Assembly (NCBI RefSeq): GCF_003019035.1
Contig: NZ_CP027447.1
Strand: one strand, 5' to 3'
Length of the DNA: 64,000 nt
DNA from: Escherichia coli
Lineage (GTDB): Bacteria > Pseudomonadota > Gammaproteobacteria > Enterobacterales > Enterobacteriaceae
Shown here: piece after piece, positions 12,593-23,230 of the stretch
Layout: the number at the start of each line of letters is the position of its first letter
Position numbering within the stretch: the stretch's first letter is position 1
Made by a program: the position numbers and the translations under genes
The notes under the pieces: generated by a model
What the model was told of the DNA's origin: nothing
Database searches by the model: none
The model's input: the letters and a program-made list of their open reading frames with translations, nothing else

Positions 12593-13674
12593 TGCAACCT
12601 TTTGGCGTACTTGACCGCTATATCGGTAAAACTATTTTCACCACCATCATGATGACGCTGTTCATGCTGGTGTCGCTGTCGGGCATTATCAAGTTTGTCG
12701 ATCAGCTGAAAAAAGCCGGGCAGGGGAGTTACGACGCGTTAGGCGCAGGAATGTATACCTTGCTGAGCGTGCCGAAAGATGTGCAAATCTTCTTCCCGAT
12801 GGCGGCTCTGCTTGGGGCGTTGCTTGGTCTTGGGATGCTGGCGCAGCGCAGCGAACTGGTGGTGATGCAGGCTTCTGGTTTTACCCGTATGCAGGTGGCG
12901 CTGTCGGTGATGAAAACCGCCATTCCGCTGGTCTTGCTGACGATGGCGATTGGTGAATGGGTCGCGCCGCAAGGCGAGCAGATGGCGCGTAACTACCGTG
13001 CGCAGGCGATGTACGGCGGCTCGTTGCTCTCCACTCAGCAAGGCTTATGGGCGAAAGATGGCAACAACTTCGTCTACATTGAGCGGGTTAAAGGTGACGA
13101 AGAGTTAGGTGGCATCAGTATTTATGCCTTTAACGAGAATCGTCGTCTGCAATCCGTACGTTATGCCGCTACCGCGAAGTTTGACCCGGAACATAAAGTC
13201 TGGCGTCTGTCGCAGGTTGATGAATCTGATCTGACCAATCCGAAACAGATCACCGGTTCGCAGACGGTGAGCGGCACCTGGAAAACCAACCTCACGCCAG
13301 ACAAACTGGGCGTGGTGGCGCTGGACCCGGATGCACTCTCTATCAGCGGTTTGCACAACTATGTGAAGTATCTGAAGTCGAGCGGTCAGGATGCCGGACG
13401 TTATCAGCTCAACATGTGGAGCAAAATCTTCCAGCCGCTATCCGTGGCGGTGATGATGCTGATGGCGCTGTCGTTCATCTTTGGTCCACTGCGTAGCGTA
13501 CCGATGGGCGTGCGTGTGGTCACCGGTATCAGCTTCGGTTTTGTCTTCTACGTACTGGACCAGATCTTCGGCCCGCTGACGTTGGTTTACGGCATCCCGC
13601 CGATCATTGGCGCACTGTTGCCAAGCGCCAGCTTCTTCTTAATCAGCCTGTGGCTGTTAATGAGAAAATCGTAA
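12589..13674 (+). CDS. lptG: LPS export permease LptG (YjgQ)
   Basis: 361-aa paralogue of LptF; start overlaps the lptF stop (ATGA). Confidence 0.9.
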   Translation: MMQPFGVLDRYIGKTIFTTIMMTLFMLVSLSGIIKFVDQLKKAGQGSYDALGAGMYTLLSVPKDVQIFFPMAALLGALLGLGMLAQRSELVVMQASGFTRMQVALSVMKTAIPLVLLTMAIGEWVAPQGEQMARNYRAQAMYGGSLLSTQQGLWAKDGNNFVYIERVKGDEELGGISIYAFNENRRLQSVRYAATAKFDPEHKVWRLSQVDESDLTNPKQITGSQTVSGTWKTNLTPDKLGVVALDPDALSISGLHNYVKYLKSSGQDAGRYQLNMWSKIFQPLSVAVMMLMALSFIFGPLRSVPMGVRVVTGISFGFVFYVLDQIFGPLTLVYGIPPIIGALLPSASFFLISLWLLMRKS

Positions 13675-13680
13675 TCTAAC

Positions 13681-13710
13681 AAGGGAGCGAAAGCTCCCTT
13701 TATTATTGTT
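13681..13710 (+). terminator. Rho-independent terminator after lptFG
   Basis: AAGGGAGC-GAAA-GCTCCCTT hairpin (13681-13700) followed by a T-rich tract. Confidence 0.75.
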
Positions 13711-13736
13711 GACAAAGTCAAATACGAGTTCGAACG

Positions 13737-13775
13737 GTCCCCTCGCCCCTTTGGGGAGAGGGTTAGGGTGAGGGG
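13737..13775. repeat. GC-rich palindromic intergenic repeat (inverted relative to the copies at 51190 and 55935)
   Basis: GTCCCCTCGCCCCTTTGGGGAGAGGGTTAGGGTGAGGGG is the reverse complement of the 55935 copy; it generates spurious small ORFs translating ..PHPNPLPKGARG... Confidence 0.55.
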
Positions 13776-13792
13776 CACAGATCACGTCTGAC

Positions 13793-15295
13793 TTACCTTT
13801 TTCTCCCCCCCAGCAAACTCCCCAACATCCCGCGTACAATCTGATTCGTCACCTGGCGAGCGGCGCTTTTCGCCATTGTTTGCACCACACCATCTTTCTT
13901 CCCGCCGCGTGGTCCGGTAGTGCCAAACAAAATATCCTTCAATCCACCAAGAATACCGTCATCCACCGCCACCTCTTTCCCTTTCACGGGGGGATTATTT
14001 TGCTGCTCGGTACTGGCCTGAAAGCCTTTTTGCAGCATCTCATAGGCGGACTCGCGGTCCACCTCATCTTCATATTTGCCATACACCGGGGAGTGATTAA
14101 TCAGGCCATTACGCTCATCTTCCGTCACCGGCCCCATTCGCGAACAAGGTGCGATCACCATCGCCCGTTCCACCACAGAAGGACTTCCTTTTGCATCGAG
14201 AAACGAGATTAACGCCTCGCCGGTCCCCAGTTCCTGGATTGCCTTTTCGGTATCAAATGCCGGATTGGCCCGCATGGTTTGCGCCGCTGCCTTCACTGCT
14301 TTCTGATCTTTTGGCGTAAAAGCCCGCAAAGCGTGCTGAACGCGATTACCGAGCTGGCCGAGCACATTATCCGGAATATCAGACGGGTTTTGCGAAACGA
14401 ACCAGACGCCCACGCCTTTTGAGCGAATAAGCCTTATCACCTGCTCAATCTTATCCAGCAGTACCTGCGGTGCATCGTTAAACAGCAGATGTGCCTCGTC
14501 GAAGAAAAACACCAGTTTTGGTTTCTCCAGATCGCCCGCTTCAGGCAATTGTTCATACAATTCTGAAAGCATCCACAGCAGGCTGGCGGCGTACAGTTTC
14601 GGCATCTGATAAAGCTTCTCGGCGCTGAGGATATTGATAACGCCTTTACCGTTGGCATCGGTACGCATCCAGTCTTTGATATCCAGCATCGGCTCACCAA
14701 AAAAGTGCGCCGCGCCTTGCTGTTCCAGCGATAACAGCCCGCGCTGGATGGCACCAACCGATGCGCTACTGATATTACCGTACTGATTCTGGAAGGATTT
14801 GGCGTTATCGCCGATGTACTGGGTAATCGCCCGCAAATCTTTAAAGTCGAGCAGCAACAATCCCTGATCGTCCGCAATGCGGAAGATAATATTCAGCACG
14901 CCAGATTGCACATCGTTGAGATTCAACAGTCGTGCCAGCAACAGCGGCCCCAGATCCGAAACCGTCGCCCGCACCGGATGGCCTTTCTCGCCAAAGATAT
15001 CCCACACCACCACCGGATTGGCATGCGGTTGCCAGTCGTTGACGCCGATATTTTTCAGTCTTGCGAGCAGTTTTTCCGACGCCGTTCCTGCCTGCGCGAT
15101 GCCGGTCAGATCGCCTTTCACATCGGCCATAAACACCGGAACACCGATTTCCGACAATGACTCTGCCAGTTTTTGCAACGTGACAGTTTTACCCGTCCCC
15201 GTTGCGCCAGTAATCAGCCCGTGACGGTTAGCCATTCCCGGCAGTAAAAACAGTTCTGTGTCCGGCGTGCGGGCAATTAACAGGGGTTCGCTCAT
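13793..15295 (-). CDS. yjgR: YjgR, DUF853/HerA-like P-loop NTPase
   Basis: 500-aa protein with Walker A (GATGTGKT) and a Walker B-like FFDEAHLLF stretch; conserved position. Confidence 0.85.
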   Translation of the reverse strand: MSEPLLIARTPDTELFLLPGMANRHGLITGATGTGKTVTLQKLAESLSEIGVPVFMADVKGDLTGIAQAGTASEKLLARLKNIGVNDWQPHANPVVVWDIFGEKGHPVRATVSDLGPLLLARLLNLNDVQSGVLNIIFRIADDQGLLLLDFKDLRAITQYIGDNAKSFQNQYGNISSASVGAIQRGLLSLEQQGAAHFFGEPMLDIKDWMRTDANGKGVINILSAEKLYQMPKLYAASLLWMLSELYEQLPEAGDLEKPKLVFFFDEAHLLFNDAPQVLLDKIEQVIRLIRSKGVGVWFVSQNPSDIPDNVLGQLGNRVQHALRAFTPKDQKAVKAAAQTMRANPAFDTEKAIQELGTGEALISFLDAKGSPSVVERAMVIAPCSRMGPVTEDERNGLINHSPVYGKYEDEVDRESAYEMLQKGFQASTEQQNNPPVKGKEVAVDDGILGGLKDILFGTTGPRGGKKDGVVQTMAKSAARQVTNQIVRGMLGSLLGGRKR

Positions 15296-15372
15296 GAGAT
15301 TTCCTCCAGTTTCCTGCCTGGAGTATAGGCAACGTCCGGCAAAGAGAATATGTGTAATGAAGAGAAAATAAC

Positions 15373-16371
15373 CTAAAGCGTGTTACCGTGATAAATCTGA
15401 TACCCGAGGTCAACAGTGTTGTGGTTGTGATCGTTATTCTTAATCTTGCTCAGCAACATTTGGGCGGCCATCCGACCAATATCAAAACGGGGAGTAATTA
15501 CGCTGGCGAGGCTTGGGATCATTTGCCTGCCAATCTCCAGCCCATGAAAACCCGCAATGGAAATTTGTTCTGGCACGGCGAGGTTTCGCTCGCGGCACAG
15601 CAGAAGCGCACCCATCGCAATATCGTCATTGGTGCAAAATACACCGTCTAAATCCGGGTTTGCGCTAAGGGCATCACGCATTAACTGCATTCCTAAATGA
15701 ATGGATGAGATGGCGCGTGGATTCATGCGTAATGGGGAAAGATTATGCAGCATCATCGCATCGCAATACCCCTGATAACGCTGTTCATCGCGGGTGTCAT
15801 CTTTGGAACCGAGATACAGAATTTTGCGCCTGACTCGCTTATCCAGCATGGTACACACCATGTCAAAAGCAGCCTGCCGATTATCAAAACCGACCTCCAT
15901 ATCCAGCCGTTCTCCCTGTACATCCATCAATTCCACGACCGGAATGGTGGCTGAACGCAGAAATTTCACCGTCCTGATGGTGTGATATTTTTCCGAAAGA
16001 ATAATCCCGTCAATGTTATAAGAGAGCAGGTTAATCACCGACTCTTCTTCGGAATCGCGATCGTAATTGTAATTAGCAATAAGGGTCTGATAATTATGCA
16101 CAGAGGTGACGGATTCTATTCCCGCGAGAATGTCAGCGAAGAGTTGATTTTGAAATGACGGAATCAAGATACCGAGGGTATAACTTTGTGCATTCAACAA
16201 CATGCCGGGAGCGCGATTAGGGATATAATTGATCTCTTCCATAATTTTGGCGATGCGCTCGCCTGTTTCCTTTGCCACCTTTTTCGGCGAGCGGATATAA
16301 CGACTCACGGTCATTTTTGTTACGCCAGCCAGCGTAGCGATATCCTGTAAAGAAATTCTGTGATTGCGCAT
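15373..16371 (-). CDS. idnR: LacI-family regulator of the L-idonate operon
   Basis: N-terminal [30 protein letters not shown] plus periplasmic-binding-fold domain; the track ORF has a 10-codon upstream extension. Confidence 0.85.
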   Translation of the reverse strand: MRNHRISLQDIATLAGVTKMTVSRYIRSPKKVAKETGERIAKIMEEINYIPNRAPGMLLNAQSYTLGILIPSFQNQLFADILAGIESVTSVHNYQTLIANYNYDRDSEEESVINLLSYNIDGIILSEKYHTIRTVKFLRSATIPVVELMDVQGERLDMEVGFDNRQAAFDMVCTMLDKRVRRKILYLGSKDDTRDEQRYQGYCDAMMLHNLSPLRMNPRAISSIHLGMQLMRDALSANPDLDGVFCTNDDIAMGALLLCRERNLAVPEQISIAGFHGLEIGRQMIPSLASVITPRFDIGRMAAQMLLSKIKNNDHNHNTVDLGYQIYHGNTL

Positions 16372-16437
16372 AACTTCTCCCAACGTCGGGGGAATCTTCA
16401 ATCTTCCCCCGAAACTACATCACAATATTTTATTCTT

Positions 16438-17757
16438 TCAGTGCAATACGGCGTTAATGGCTAACACGCCGAGCAAACCCATAATAGAAATAAGGGTTTC
16501 CATCACTGTCCAGGTACGCAACGTTTCACCAACCGTCAGATTAAAATACCCTTTAAATAGCCAGAAGCCAGGGTCGTTTACGTGTGACGCGATCACGCTG
16601 CCCGCACCAGTTGCCAGTACCATTAAAGCGGGATCGGCATGGGTAACGTTGATAATCGGCAACACCACACCCGCGGTGGTAATGGCCGCGACGGTGGCAG
16701 AGCCCAGAGCGATACGCAACAGCGCCGCGACAGTCCAGCACATCAATAACGGCGAAAGCGTAGTTCCGGTCATTAAGTGTGAAATATACTGCCCGACACC
16801 ACTATCTACTAATACCTGCTTAAACGCGCCGCCGCCAGCGATAATAAACACAATCATCGCGATAGCGCCTATAGAATCCCCAATGATATCCATGATTTGC
16901 TCGATGGTGCGTCCATTACGTCGGCCCAGTGTGAAAATCGCAATAACAATGGCAATAAACAGCGCAACGGCAGGGTTACCGACAAATTCAAAGAAGAGGC
17001 GCACGGTGTTAGTTTTCGGTAACGTAATTTCACAAACGGCGGCGATAGCCATCAGGATGACCGGGATCACGGCAGCGAAAATACTGTTCCAGAAGGAGGG
17101 CATCTCCTCTTCGCTAAACAGATGAGGATTAAATAAGCCTTCCGGTGGTGCTTTCTCAAAGCGAGTTAGCAGTTTAGAAAACAGCGGTCCTGCGACAATA
17201 ACTGTCGGAATGGTAATGATAAATCCATACAGTAAAGTCGTTCCGAGATTAGCCTCAAAGATAGTCGCGATGGCAGTAGGCCCTGGATGTGGCGGCAGAA
17301 AACAGTGGGTTACAGAGAGCGCTGCTACCATCGGTACGCCAACATACAACAGGGGTAATCCAGATGATGCCACGATGGTAAATACCAACGGCAGCAGCAG
17401 GACAAAACCCACTTCAAAAAACATGGCGAGGCCCACAACCAGACCGGTGATCACTAGCGCCCATTGCACGCGTTTTTTACCAAAAGTAGCAATCAGCGTA
17501 GTGGCGATACGTTGTGCCGCGCCCGTATCAGAAATCAGCTTGCCTAACATGGCCCCGAAACCGAGGATCATTGCCAGCCCGCCGAGCGTGCTGCCGATAC
17601 CATTTTGTATAGAGTGCAGGACGGCCTGTGCATCCATCCCTTCGGCAAATCCGACGACGGCAGCTACCAGAACGAGGGCAATAAAGCCGTTAACTTTAAA
17701 GCCGATCATCAGGATAAGAAGCAGCGCGACGCCTGCCGCAATAATGATTAATGGCAT
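16438..17757 (-). CDS. idnT: GntP-family L-idonate/5-ketogluconate/gluconate transporter
   Basis: 439-aa polytopic membrane protein of the GntP permease family; in the idn operon. Confidence 0.9.
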   Translation of the reverse strand: MPLIIIAAGVALLLILMIGFKVNGFIALVLVAAVVGFAEGMDAQAVLHSIQNGIGSTLGGLAMILGFGAMLGKLISDTGAAQRIATTLIATFGKKRVQWALVITGLVVGLAMFFEVGFVLLLPLVFTIVASSGLPLLYVGVPMVAALSVTHCFLPPHPGPTAIATIFEANLGTTLLYGFIITIPTVIVAGPLFSKLLTRFEKAPPEGLFNPHLFSEEEMPSFWNSIFAAVIPVILMAIAAVCEITLPKTNTVRLFFEFVGNPAVALFIAIVIAIFTLGRRNGRTIEQIMDIIGDSIGAIAMIVFIIAGGGAFKQVLVDSGVGQYISHLMTGTTLSPLLMCWTVAALLRIALGSATVAAITTAGVVLPIINVTHADPALMVLATGAGSVIASHVNDPGFWLFKGYFNLTVGETLRTWTVMETLISIMGLLGVLAINAVLH

Positions 17758-17821
17758 AGTCTTTATCTCTTATTAGTGCCAGAAAAGCAGCGCTTTCGCG
17801 CTGCACGTAGGGTGGTGGCTG

Positions 17822-18586
17822 TTAAACAGCCACTAACATGCCGCCATCAACAAACAACAGGTGGCCGTTTACGAAATCAGAGGCTTTTGAAGAAAGGAAC
17901 ACCGCAGCACCAATCAGTTCCTGCGGATCTCCCCAGCGTGCGGCGGGGGTCCGTTTGCACAACCAGGCGGTGAAGGCTTCGTCCTCAACCAGTGCTTTAG
18001 TCATTTCTGTTTTGAAATAGCCCGGCGCAATACCGTTGACCTGAATATTGTGGCGCGCCAGCTCGACGCACATGCCGCGGGTGAGCATTTTTACCGCCCC
18101 TTTCGATGCGGCATAAGGGGTGATGGTGTCACGTCCCAGTTCGCTTTGCATCGAGCAAATATTAATAACTTTACCTGCCTTGCGTTCAACCATGTGACGA
18201 GTTACCGCTTGCGATACCAGGAACACGGCGGTCTGGTTTACTGCGATCACATCATTCCACTCTTGTTCAGGGAACTCAGTAAAAGGATGACGGCGCTGGA
18301 TACCGGCGTTATTCACCAGCACATCAATGGGGCCGATGTCCTTTTCGATATGTTCAACGGCGGCATCAATTTCATGTTTATGAGTAACATTAAAAGGTGC
18401 GGCAACGGCCTGAATACCCTCCTGGTGGAGTTTTTCTACAGCAAGTTCTGCGCGTTCGGCAGTAATATCATTAATAATTATTTGTGCGCCATATTTACCC
18501 AGACCGGTTGCCAGTAAATAGCCAATGCCCTGTGCTGAACCGGTAATCAAGATATTTTTTCCTGCCAGTGAAAATAGATCGTTCAT
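17822..18586 (-). CDS. idnO: 5-keto-D-gluconate 5-reductase (short-chain dehydrogenase)
   Basis: 254-aa SDR with TGSAQGIG glycine-rich NAD(P) motif and a downstream catalytic Tyr/Lys (YAASKGAV). Confidence 0.9.
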   Translation of the reverse strand: MNDLFSLAGKNILITGSAQGIGYLLATGLGKYGAQIIINDITAERAELAVEKLHQEGIQAVAAPFNVTHKHEIDAAVEHIEKDIGPIDVLVNNAGIQRRHPFTEFPEQEWNDVIAVNQTAVFLVSQAVTRHMVERKAGKVINICSMQSELGRDTITPYAASKGAVKMLTRGMCVELARHNIQVNGIAPGYFKTEMTKALVEDEAFTAWLCKRTPAARWGDPQELIGAAVFLSSKASDFVNGHLLFVDGGMLVAV

Positions 18587-18609
18587 TGTATTATTCCTTT
18601 ATTTATCTC

Positions 18610-19641
18610 TTAGAAAACAAGCTGGACTTTTGCTGCCTGGGTTTTATCACCGGCGAAACGTAGCGCCTCTTCCAGGTCAGTGAAGAGATATTCAGCACTC
18701 AGTAAAGGCAGTGGATTGATAACGCCATTCGCCAGCCATGACACTGCGGTATTAAATTCGCTGGTAAAACGGAAAGAGCCTTTGAGTGAAATCTCCTTAC
18801 CAATCAACGTCATCATTGGGAATTCTGCCATCGCGCCTCCCATCCCTACCTGCACCATTACGCCGCGTGCACGAGTGACCTCCAGACAGGTATTCACTGA
18901 TGAAGGATGACCGGACACTTCAAAGCTGACATCGAAATAGCCTTTTTCCGCTTTCCAGTGATCCATGTCGTCGTTTTGTGGGTTTACGAGCACCTCCGCC
19001 CCCATCTCTTTGCCCAGCGAAAGGGAACGGGGACTCACATCGGCACAGACAATTTCCGCGGCCCCCAGTGTTTTCACAGCACTGACAATCAGGCAGCCAA
19101 TGGGCCCAACACCAGAAATAAATACTCGCTTGCCCTGTAACTCGCCGGCCTGATGTGCGGCATGAATCGCGACGGCTAAAGGTTCGGCAAAAGCCATAAC
19201 CTTTTCGTCAGCTTTGGCCGGATAAGGGACACATTGCGACGTTTCGACCATTTTATAACGGGTAAAACCACCATCAACATGAGGGAAATACATGGCACTG
19301 CCAAAAAAACGCATATCTGTACACTGATTCTCGTTATGTTCAATGCAGTATTTGCAGTGACCGCACGGTTTAGACGGATTAATGGCTACCGTTTGCCCTT
19401 CATGTAATTCTGATGAGTCGCTATGAATAACTTTACCGATAACTTCATGACCTAACACCATCGGTGCCTTTATCATGAAATTACCTACTTTTCCTTCCTG
19501 ATAATAATGTAAATCGGAACCGCAAATTCCACCTCGGGTTATTTGTACTAATGTTCCATTATTATTCCAATCTATCGTCTGCTCGGTAACGGCAACAGTT
19601 TTCTTGCCCGCAACAACGCAGGACTGTGTTTTCACTTGCAT
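18610..19641 (-). CDS. idnD: L-idonate 5-dehydrogenase (Zn-dependent MDR family)
   Basis: 343-aa medium-chain dehydrogenase with GHE..G Zn motif (GICGSDLHYY, GHEVIG). Confidence 0.9.
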   Translation of the reverse strand: MQVKTQSCVVAGKKTVAVTEQTIDWNNNGTLVQITRGGICGSDLHYYQEGKVGNFMIKAPMVLGHEVIGKVIHSDSSELHEGQTVAINPSKPCGHCKYCIEHNENQCTDMRFFGSAMYFPHVDGGFTRYKMVETSQCVPYPAKADEKVMAFAEPLAVAIHAAHQAGELQGKRVFISGVGPIGCLIVSAVKTLGAAEIVCADVSPRSLSLGKEMGAEVLVNPQNDDMDHWKAEKGYFDVSFEVSGHPSSVNTCLEVTRARGVMVQVGMGGAMAEFPMMTLIGKEISLKGSFRFTSEFNTAVSWLANGVINPLPLLSAEYLFTDLEEALRFAGDKTQAAKVQLVF

Positions 19642-19740
19642 AAATTCCTCACTGGTCAGGTAGACACCTCGGAAGCATTTAAGCGGTTTTAATTGTCATT
19701 ATTTGTGATGAAGATCACGTCAGAAAATTGTTACATTACT

Positions 19741-19756
19741 ATGTTACGCATAACGT
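19741..19756. promoter_or_regulatory. Candidate GntR/IdnR operator in the idnK-idnD divergent promoter region
   Basis: ATGTTAcgcaTAACGT resembles the ATGTTA-N4-TAACAT GntR/IdnR operator palindrome; a partial second copy lies at about 19729-19741. Confidence 0.5.
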
Positions 19757-19857
19757 GATGTGCCTTGTAATTCTTATCAGCAGAAATAAAAAAACGTGAA
19801 ATTATTATGCCACCAGGCGTAGTATCGCAGCAGGTAAGATGATTCAGGAGATTTTAA

Positions 19858-20421
19858 ATGGCGGGTGAAAGCTTTATTTTGATGGGCGTTTCAGGGAGTG
19901 GTAAAACATTAATTGGTAGCAAGGTTGCCGCGTTATTATCTGCTAAATTTATTGATGGTGACGATCTTCATCCAGCCAAAAATATAGATAAAATGTCGCA
20001 GGGTATTCCATTATCTGATGAAGATCGACTTCCCTGGCTGGAACGCTTAAATGATGCTTCATACAGTCTTTATAAAAAGAATGAAACAGGATTTATTGTC
20101 TGTTCATCATTAAAAAAACAGTATCGTGATATTTTACGCAAGGGTAGCCCCCATGTTCATTTCCTCTGGTTAGATGGCGACTATGAAACTATTCTCGCGC
20201 GAATGCAGCGGCGGGCTGGGCATTTTATGCCGGTAGCGTTACTAAAAAGTCAGTTTGAGGCGCTGGAGCGTCCACAAGCAGATGAACAGGATATTGTGCG
20301 CATTGATATCAACCATGATATTGCCAATGTCACCGAACAATGTCGGCAGGCTGTGCTGGCGATACGACAAAACAGAATATGTGCGAAAGAGGGCAGCGCC
20401 TCAGATCAGCGCTGCGAATGA
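19858..20421 (+). CDS. idnK: Gluconokinase (thermosensitive, idn-associated)
   Basis: 187-aa kinase with P-loop GVSGSGKT; divergent from idnD. Confidence 0.9.
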   Translation: MAGESFILMGVSGSGKTLIGSKVAALLSAKFIDGDDLHPAKNIDKMSQGIPLSDEDRLPWLERLNDASYSLYKKNETGFIVCSSLKKQYRDILRKGSPHVHFLWLDGDYETILARMQRRAGHFMPVALLKSQFEALERPQADEQDIVRIDINHDIANVTEQCRQAVLAIRQNRICAKEGSASDQRCE

Positions 20422-20424
20422 TTT

Positions 20425-21444
20425 TCAAAAATCGGCTTTCAACACCACGCGGTAACGCGCCTTACCGTCGCGCACATGCTGGATGGCGTCGTTAATTTTC
20501 GACATCGGGAACAGTTCGGTAGTTGGCGCAACCTTGCTGCGGGCGGCAAAGCGCATCAGCTTACGCAGCTCATAAGGCGTGCCGGTAGCAGAGCCAGAGA
20601 CGCAGCGGTCGCCCGCAATTAACGTAAAGGCCGGAACAGACAGCGGCGTGAGAACCGCACCGACCGTATGGAAATTACCGCCATACGTCAGCGCCTCAAA
20701 ATAAGGCTGCCAGTCGAGGCTGACGTTCACAGTATTGATAATGAGATCAAACTGCCCCGCCAGAGTTTTCAGTGCCTGCGGATCGCGGCTATTCACCACT
20801 TTATCGGCACCCATCGCCAGTACTTCCTGCTCTTTCGCCGGATTTGAACTAAAGGCTGTCACCTCGCATCCCATTGCGTGCAGAAGTTTTATAGCGATAT
20901 GCCCCAGCCCGCCAATACCAATTACCCCAACGCGGCTGGTAGCAGTGATATGGTGCATCAACAGTGGTTTAAAGACCGTGATACCGCCGCACAACAGCGG
21001 CCCGGCGGACTCGATATCAATATTTTCTGGCAGCGGAATCACCCATTGCCAGTCCGCACGCAACTTCTCGGCAAAGCCGCCGCGATTCATAATTGTTGGC
21101 ACCGCACCTTGCTCGCAGTTGATCTGATTACCGCTAATACAGGCATCGCAATGCCCGCAGCTGCGTGCCGTCCAGCCAATCCCGACACGCTGACCGACCT
21201 GCAAACCTTTATCCTGTGCGGCACTCCCGAGCGCCACCACGCGACCAATCACCTCATGCCCGGCAACCAGCGGATACTGTGAAAATCCCCATTCATTGTC
21301 GATCATCGATAGATCGGAATGGCAGATCCCGCAATAATCCACCTGCACTTCAACATCTTGTGGCCTCAGCTCACCGGGATCGTACTCATAAACTTCCAGT
21401 TCGCCGCCCGCTTCTTTTGCGGCATAGCTTTTTATCATCGACAT
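20425..21444 (-). CDS. ahr: NADPH-dependent aldehyde reductase Ahr (YjgB), Zn-dependent alcohol dehydrogenase family
   Basis: [24 protein letters not shown]... with Zn-binding GHEVIG and NAD(P) motif GIGGLGH; the track ORF is extended 14 codons upstream. Confidence 0.85.
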   Translation of the reverse strand: MSMIKSYAAKEAGGELEVYEYDPGELRPQDVEVQVDYCGICHSDLSMIDNEWGFSQYPLVAGHEVIGRVVALGSAAQDKGLQVGQRVGIGWTARSCGHCDACISGNQINCEQGAVPTIMNRGGFAEKLRADWQWVIPLPENIDIESAGPLLCGGITVFKPLLMHHITATSRVGVIGIGGLGHIAIKLLHAMGCEVTAFSSNPAKEQEVLAMGADKVVNSRDPQALKTLAGQFDLIINTVNVSLDWQPYFEALTYGGNFHTVGAVLTPLSVPAFTLIAGDRCVSGSATGTPYELRKLMRFAARSKVAPTTELFPMSKINDAIQHVRDGKARYRVVLKADF

Positions 21445-21582
21445 GCTTTTATCCTTCTCTGGTGTTGTCTGGGAAGTGTAGAGCATGGCAGGGCGGAGTG
21501 CCTGGAGTGTGACAAAGGTTACACATCGCTGAGTGTAATGCTGAAAATTTCAGCACTTAGCGAGATGCGAGCAAGCTGGCGC

Positions 21583-21610
21583 TTGCATGGTGGCGTGCGA
21601 CAGGTATAAT
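21583..21610 (+). promoter_or_regulatory. Candidate sigma70 promoter of leuX
   Basis: TTGCAT (21583-21588), 16-bp spacer, TATAAT (21605-21610), about 30 bp upstream of the tRNA 5' end. Confidence 0.55.
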
Positions 21611-21639
21611 CCACAACGTTTTCCGCATACCTCTTCAGT

Positions 21640-21724
21640 GCCGAAGTGGCGAAATCGGTAGACGCAGTTGATTCAAAATCAACCGTAGAAATACGTGCCG
21701 GTTCGAGTCCGGCCTTCGGCACCA
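21640..21724 (+). tRNA. leuX: tRNA-Leu (anticodon CAA), 85 nt with long variable arm and encoded CCA
   Basis: GCCGAAGTGGCGAAATCGGTAGACGCAGTTGATTCAAAATCAACCGTAGAAATACGTGCCGGTTCGAGTCCGGCCTTCGGCACCA: acceptor stem GCCGAAG/CTTCGGC, anticodon loop tTCAAaa, T-arm GGTTCGAGTCC. Confidence 0.95.
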
Positions 21725-21913
21725 TACAAAGCTTTTTTTAAGTCTACTAACGTCTACTTTAGTCCATAAAAACAGTAAGTTAAGCGAGTTTCTGACTTGG
21801 CTTAGTCTGTTAACGTCTACTCAATTCCTTGAACATATACCAACCGATGATGGTATAACTGATGGTATTCCCGGTTCGATTGATTTTGATACCAACACAG
21901 GAGGTATCAACTG

Positions 21914-23161
21914 ATGGCTCTCACGGATATCAAAGTTAGGACTACCAAGCCCTCTGACAAACCCTTCAAACTTACTGATGGGCAGGGTATGCACCTCCTG
22001 GTCAACCCCAATGGTTCAAAATACTGGCGACTCCAATACCGTTTCGATGGCAAACAAAAAGTTTTAGCATTGGGTGTTTATCCAATGGTCTCTCTTGGTG
22101 AAGCTCGCAGGAAACGAGATGAGGCCAAAAAGTTGGTATCTGATGGTATCGACCCTTCCGAGAAGAAAAAAGCAGACAAGATCGAGCAGAGCGAAGCCCT
22201 GACATTCGAAGCTGTTGCAAGGGACTGGCATACTGCCTGTAAAAGGAAATGGTCAGATTCCCATAGTGAAAGGGTTTTAAAGAGCCTTGAAGACAACCTT
22301 TTCTCTTCCATAGGACAGAGAAAAATAGCCGAGCTTAAAACTAAGGATCTTCTCGAACCAGTCAAAACTGTTGCGGCTTCTGGACGACTAGAAGTAGCTG
22401 CTCGTCTGCAACAACGAACCACAGCAATCATGCGATATGCCGTCCAGAATGGCTTAATTGACTACAATCCAGCACAAGATATGTCTGGGGCAATTACAGT
22501 TGCGAAACGAACCCACAGACCAGCCTTACCATTTGATAGGTTCTCAGAGCTTTTAGAGCGCATTGAAAGCTTTAAAGGTAGGAAACTTACTAAATTAGTT
22601 GTGAAGCTGACATTGCTCATTTTTATCCGTTCCAGTGAACTCCGATTCGCAAGATGGTCGGAGATCGACTTTGAAAATGCGATGTGGACTATCCCTGGAG
22701 AACGCGAGCCATTACCAGGAGTCAAACATTCCCATCGAGGCTCAAAAATGAAGACCCCACACCTCGTGCCGTTAAGTCGTCAGGCCTTAGAACTTCTAAA
22801 AGTCATCAGAGAAATCAGCGGTGAATGCGACCTTGTATTCATTGGCGATCATGATTTCAGAAAACCTATGAGCGAAAACACAGTCAACAAGGCACTAAGG
22901 TCAATGGGTTATGACACAACCGTTGAGGTATGTGGGCATGGTTTTAGAGCAATGGCTTGTAGTGCTTTGATCGAGTCAGGAAAGTGGTCGAGAGATGCTG
23001 TTGAACGGCAGATGAGCCATCAGGAGCGGAACTCCGTTCGTGCCGCATACATTCATAAAGCTGAGCATTTGGACGAGCGTAGGTTGATGTTGCAGTGGTG
23101 GGCTGATTATCTTGATGAAACAACTAAGAGAAGAATTGCACCTTTCGATTTTAATAACTAA
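21914..23161 (+). CDS. P4-family tyrosine integrase (tRNA-associated)
   Basis: 415-aa protein with N-terminal Arm-type domain (MALTDIKVRTTKPSDKPFKLTDGQGMHLLVNPNGSKYWRLQYRF) and C-terminal catalytic region (..HGFRAM.., ..RAAYIH..); sits next to the tRNA as expected for IntB-like integrases. Confidence 0.9.
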   Translation: MALTDIKVRTTKPSDKPFKLTDGQGMHLLVNPNGSKYWRLQYRFDGKQKVLALGVYPMVSLGEARRKRDEAKKLVSDGIDPSEKKKADKIEQSEALTFEAVARDWHTACKRKWSDSHSERVLKSLEDNLFSSIGQRKIAELKTKDLLEPVKTVAASGRLEVAARLQQRTTAIMRYAVQNGLIDYNPAQDMSGAITVAKRTHRPALPFDRFSELLERIESFKGRKLTKLVVKLTLLIFIRSSELRFARWSEIDFENAMWTIPGEREPLPGVKHSHRGSKMKTPHLVPLSRQALELLKVIREISGECDLVFIGDHDFRKPMSENTVNKALRSMGYDTTVEVCGHGFRAMACSALIESGKWSRDAVERQMSHQERNSVRAAYIHKAEHLDERRLMLQWWADYLDETTKRRIAPFDFNN

Positions 23162-23230
23162 CTGATTTTTATAAGTAAAATGGCGTATTCAATAACCAAT
23201 TGAGACGCCATTTTTTTATTTGCGATTTAT

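Noticed and set aside
13587-13839. Small ORFs (60-63 aa) translating to ..PHPNPLPKGARG..
   Set aside because: They are created by the GC-rich palindromic repeat at 13737-13775; the same peptide appears wherever this repeat occurs.
16364-17776. Plus-strand ORFs of 253 and 188 aa overlapping idnT
   Set aside because: Antisense to a polytopic transporter gene; hydrophobic-gene antisense frames commonly stay open.
21519-21725. 68-aa minus-strand ORF overlapping tRNA-Leu
   Set aside because: It is the reverse complement of the tRNA gene and its promoter region; its ATG is created by the CCA end.
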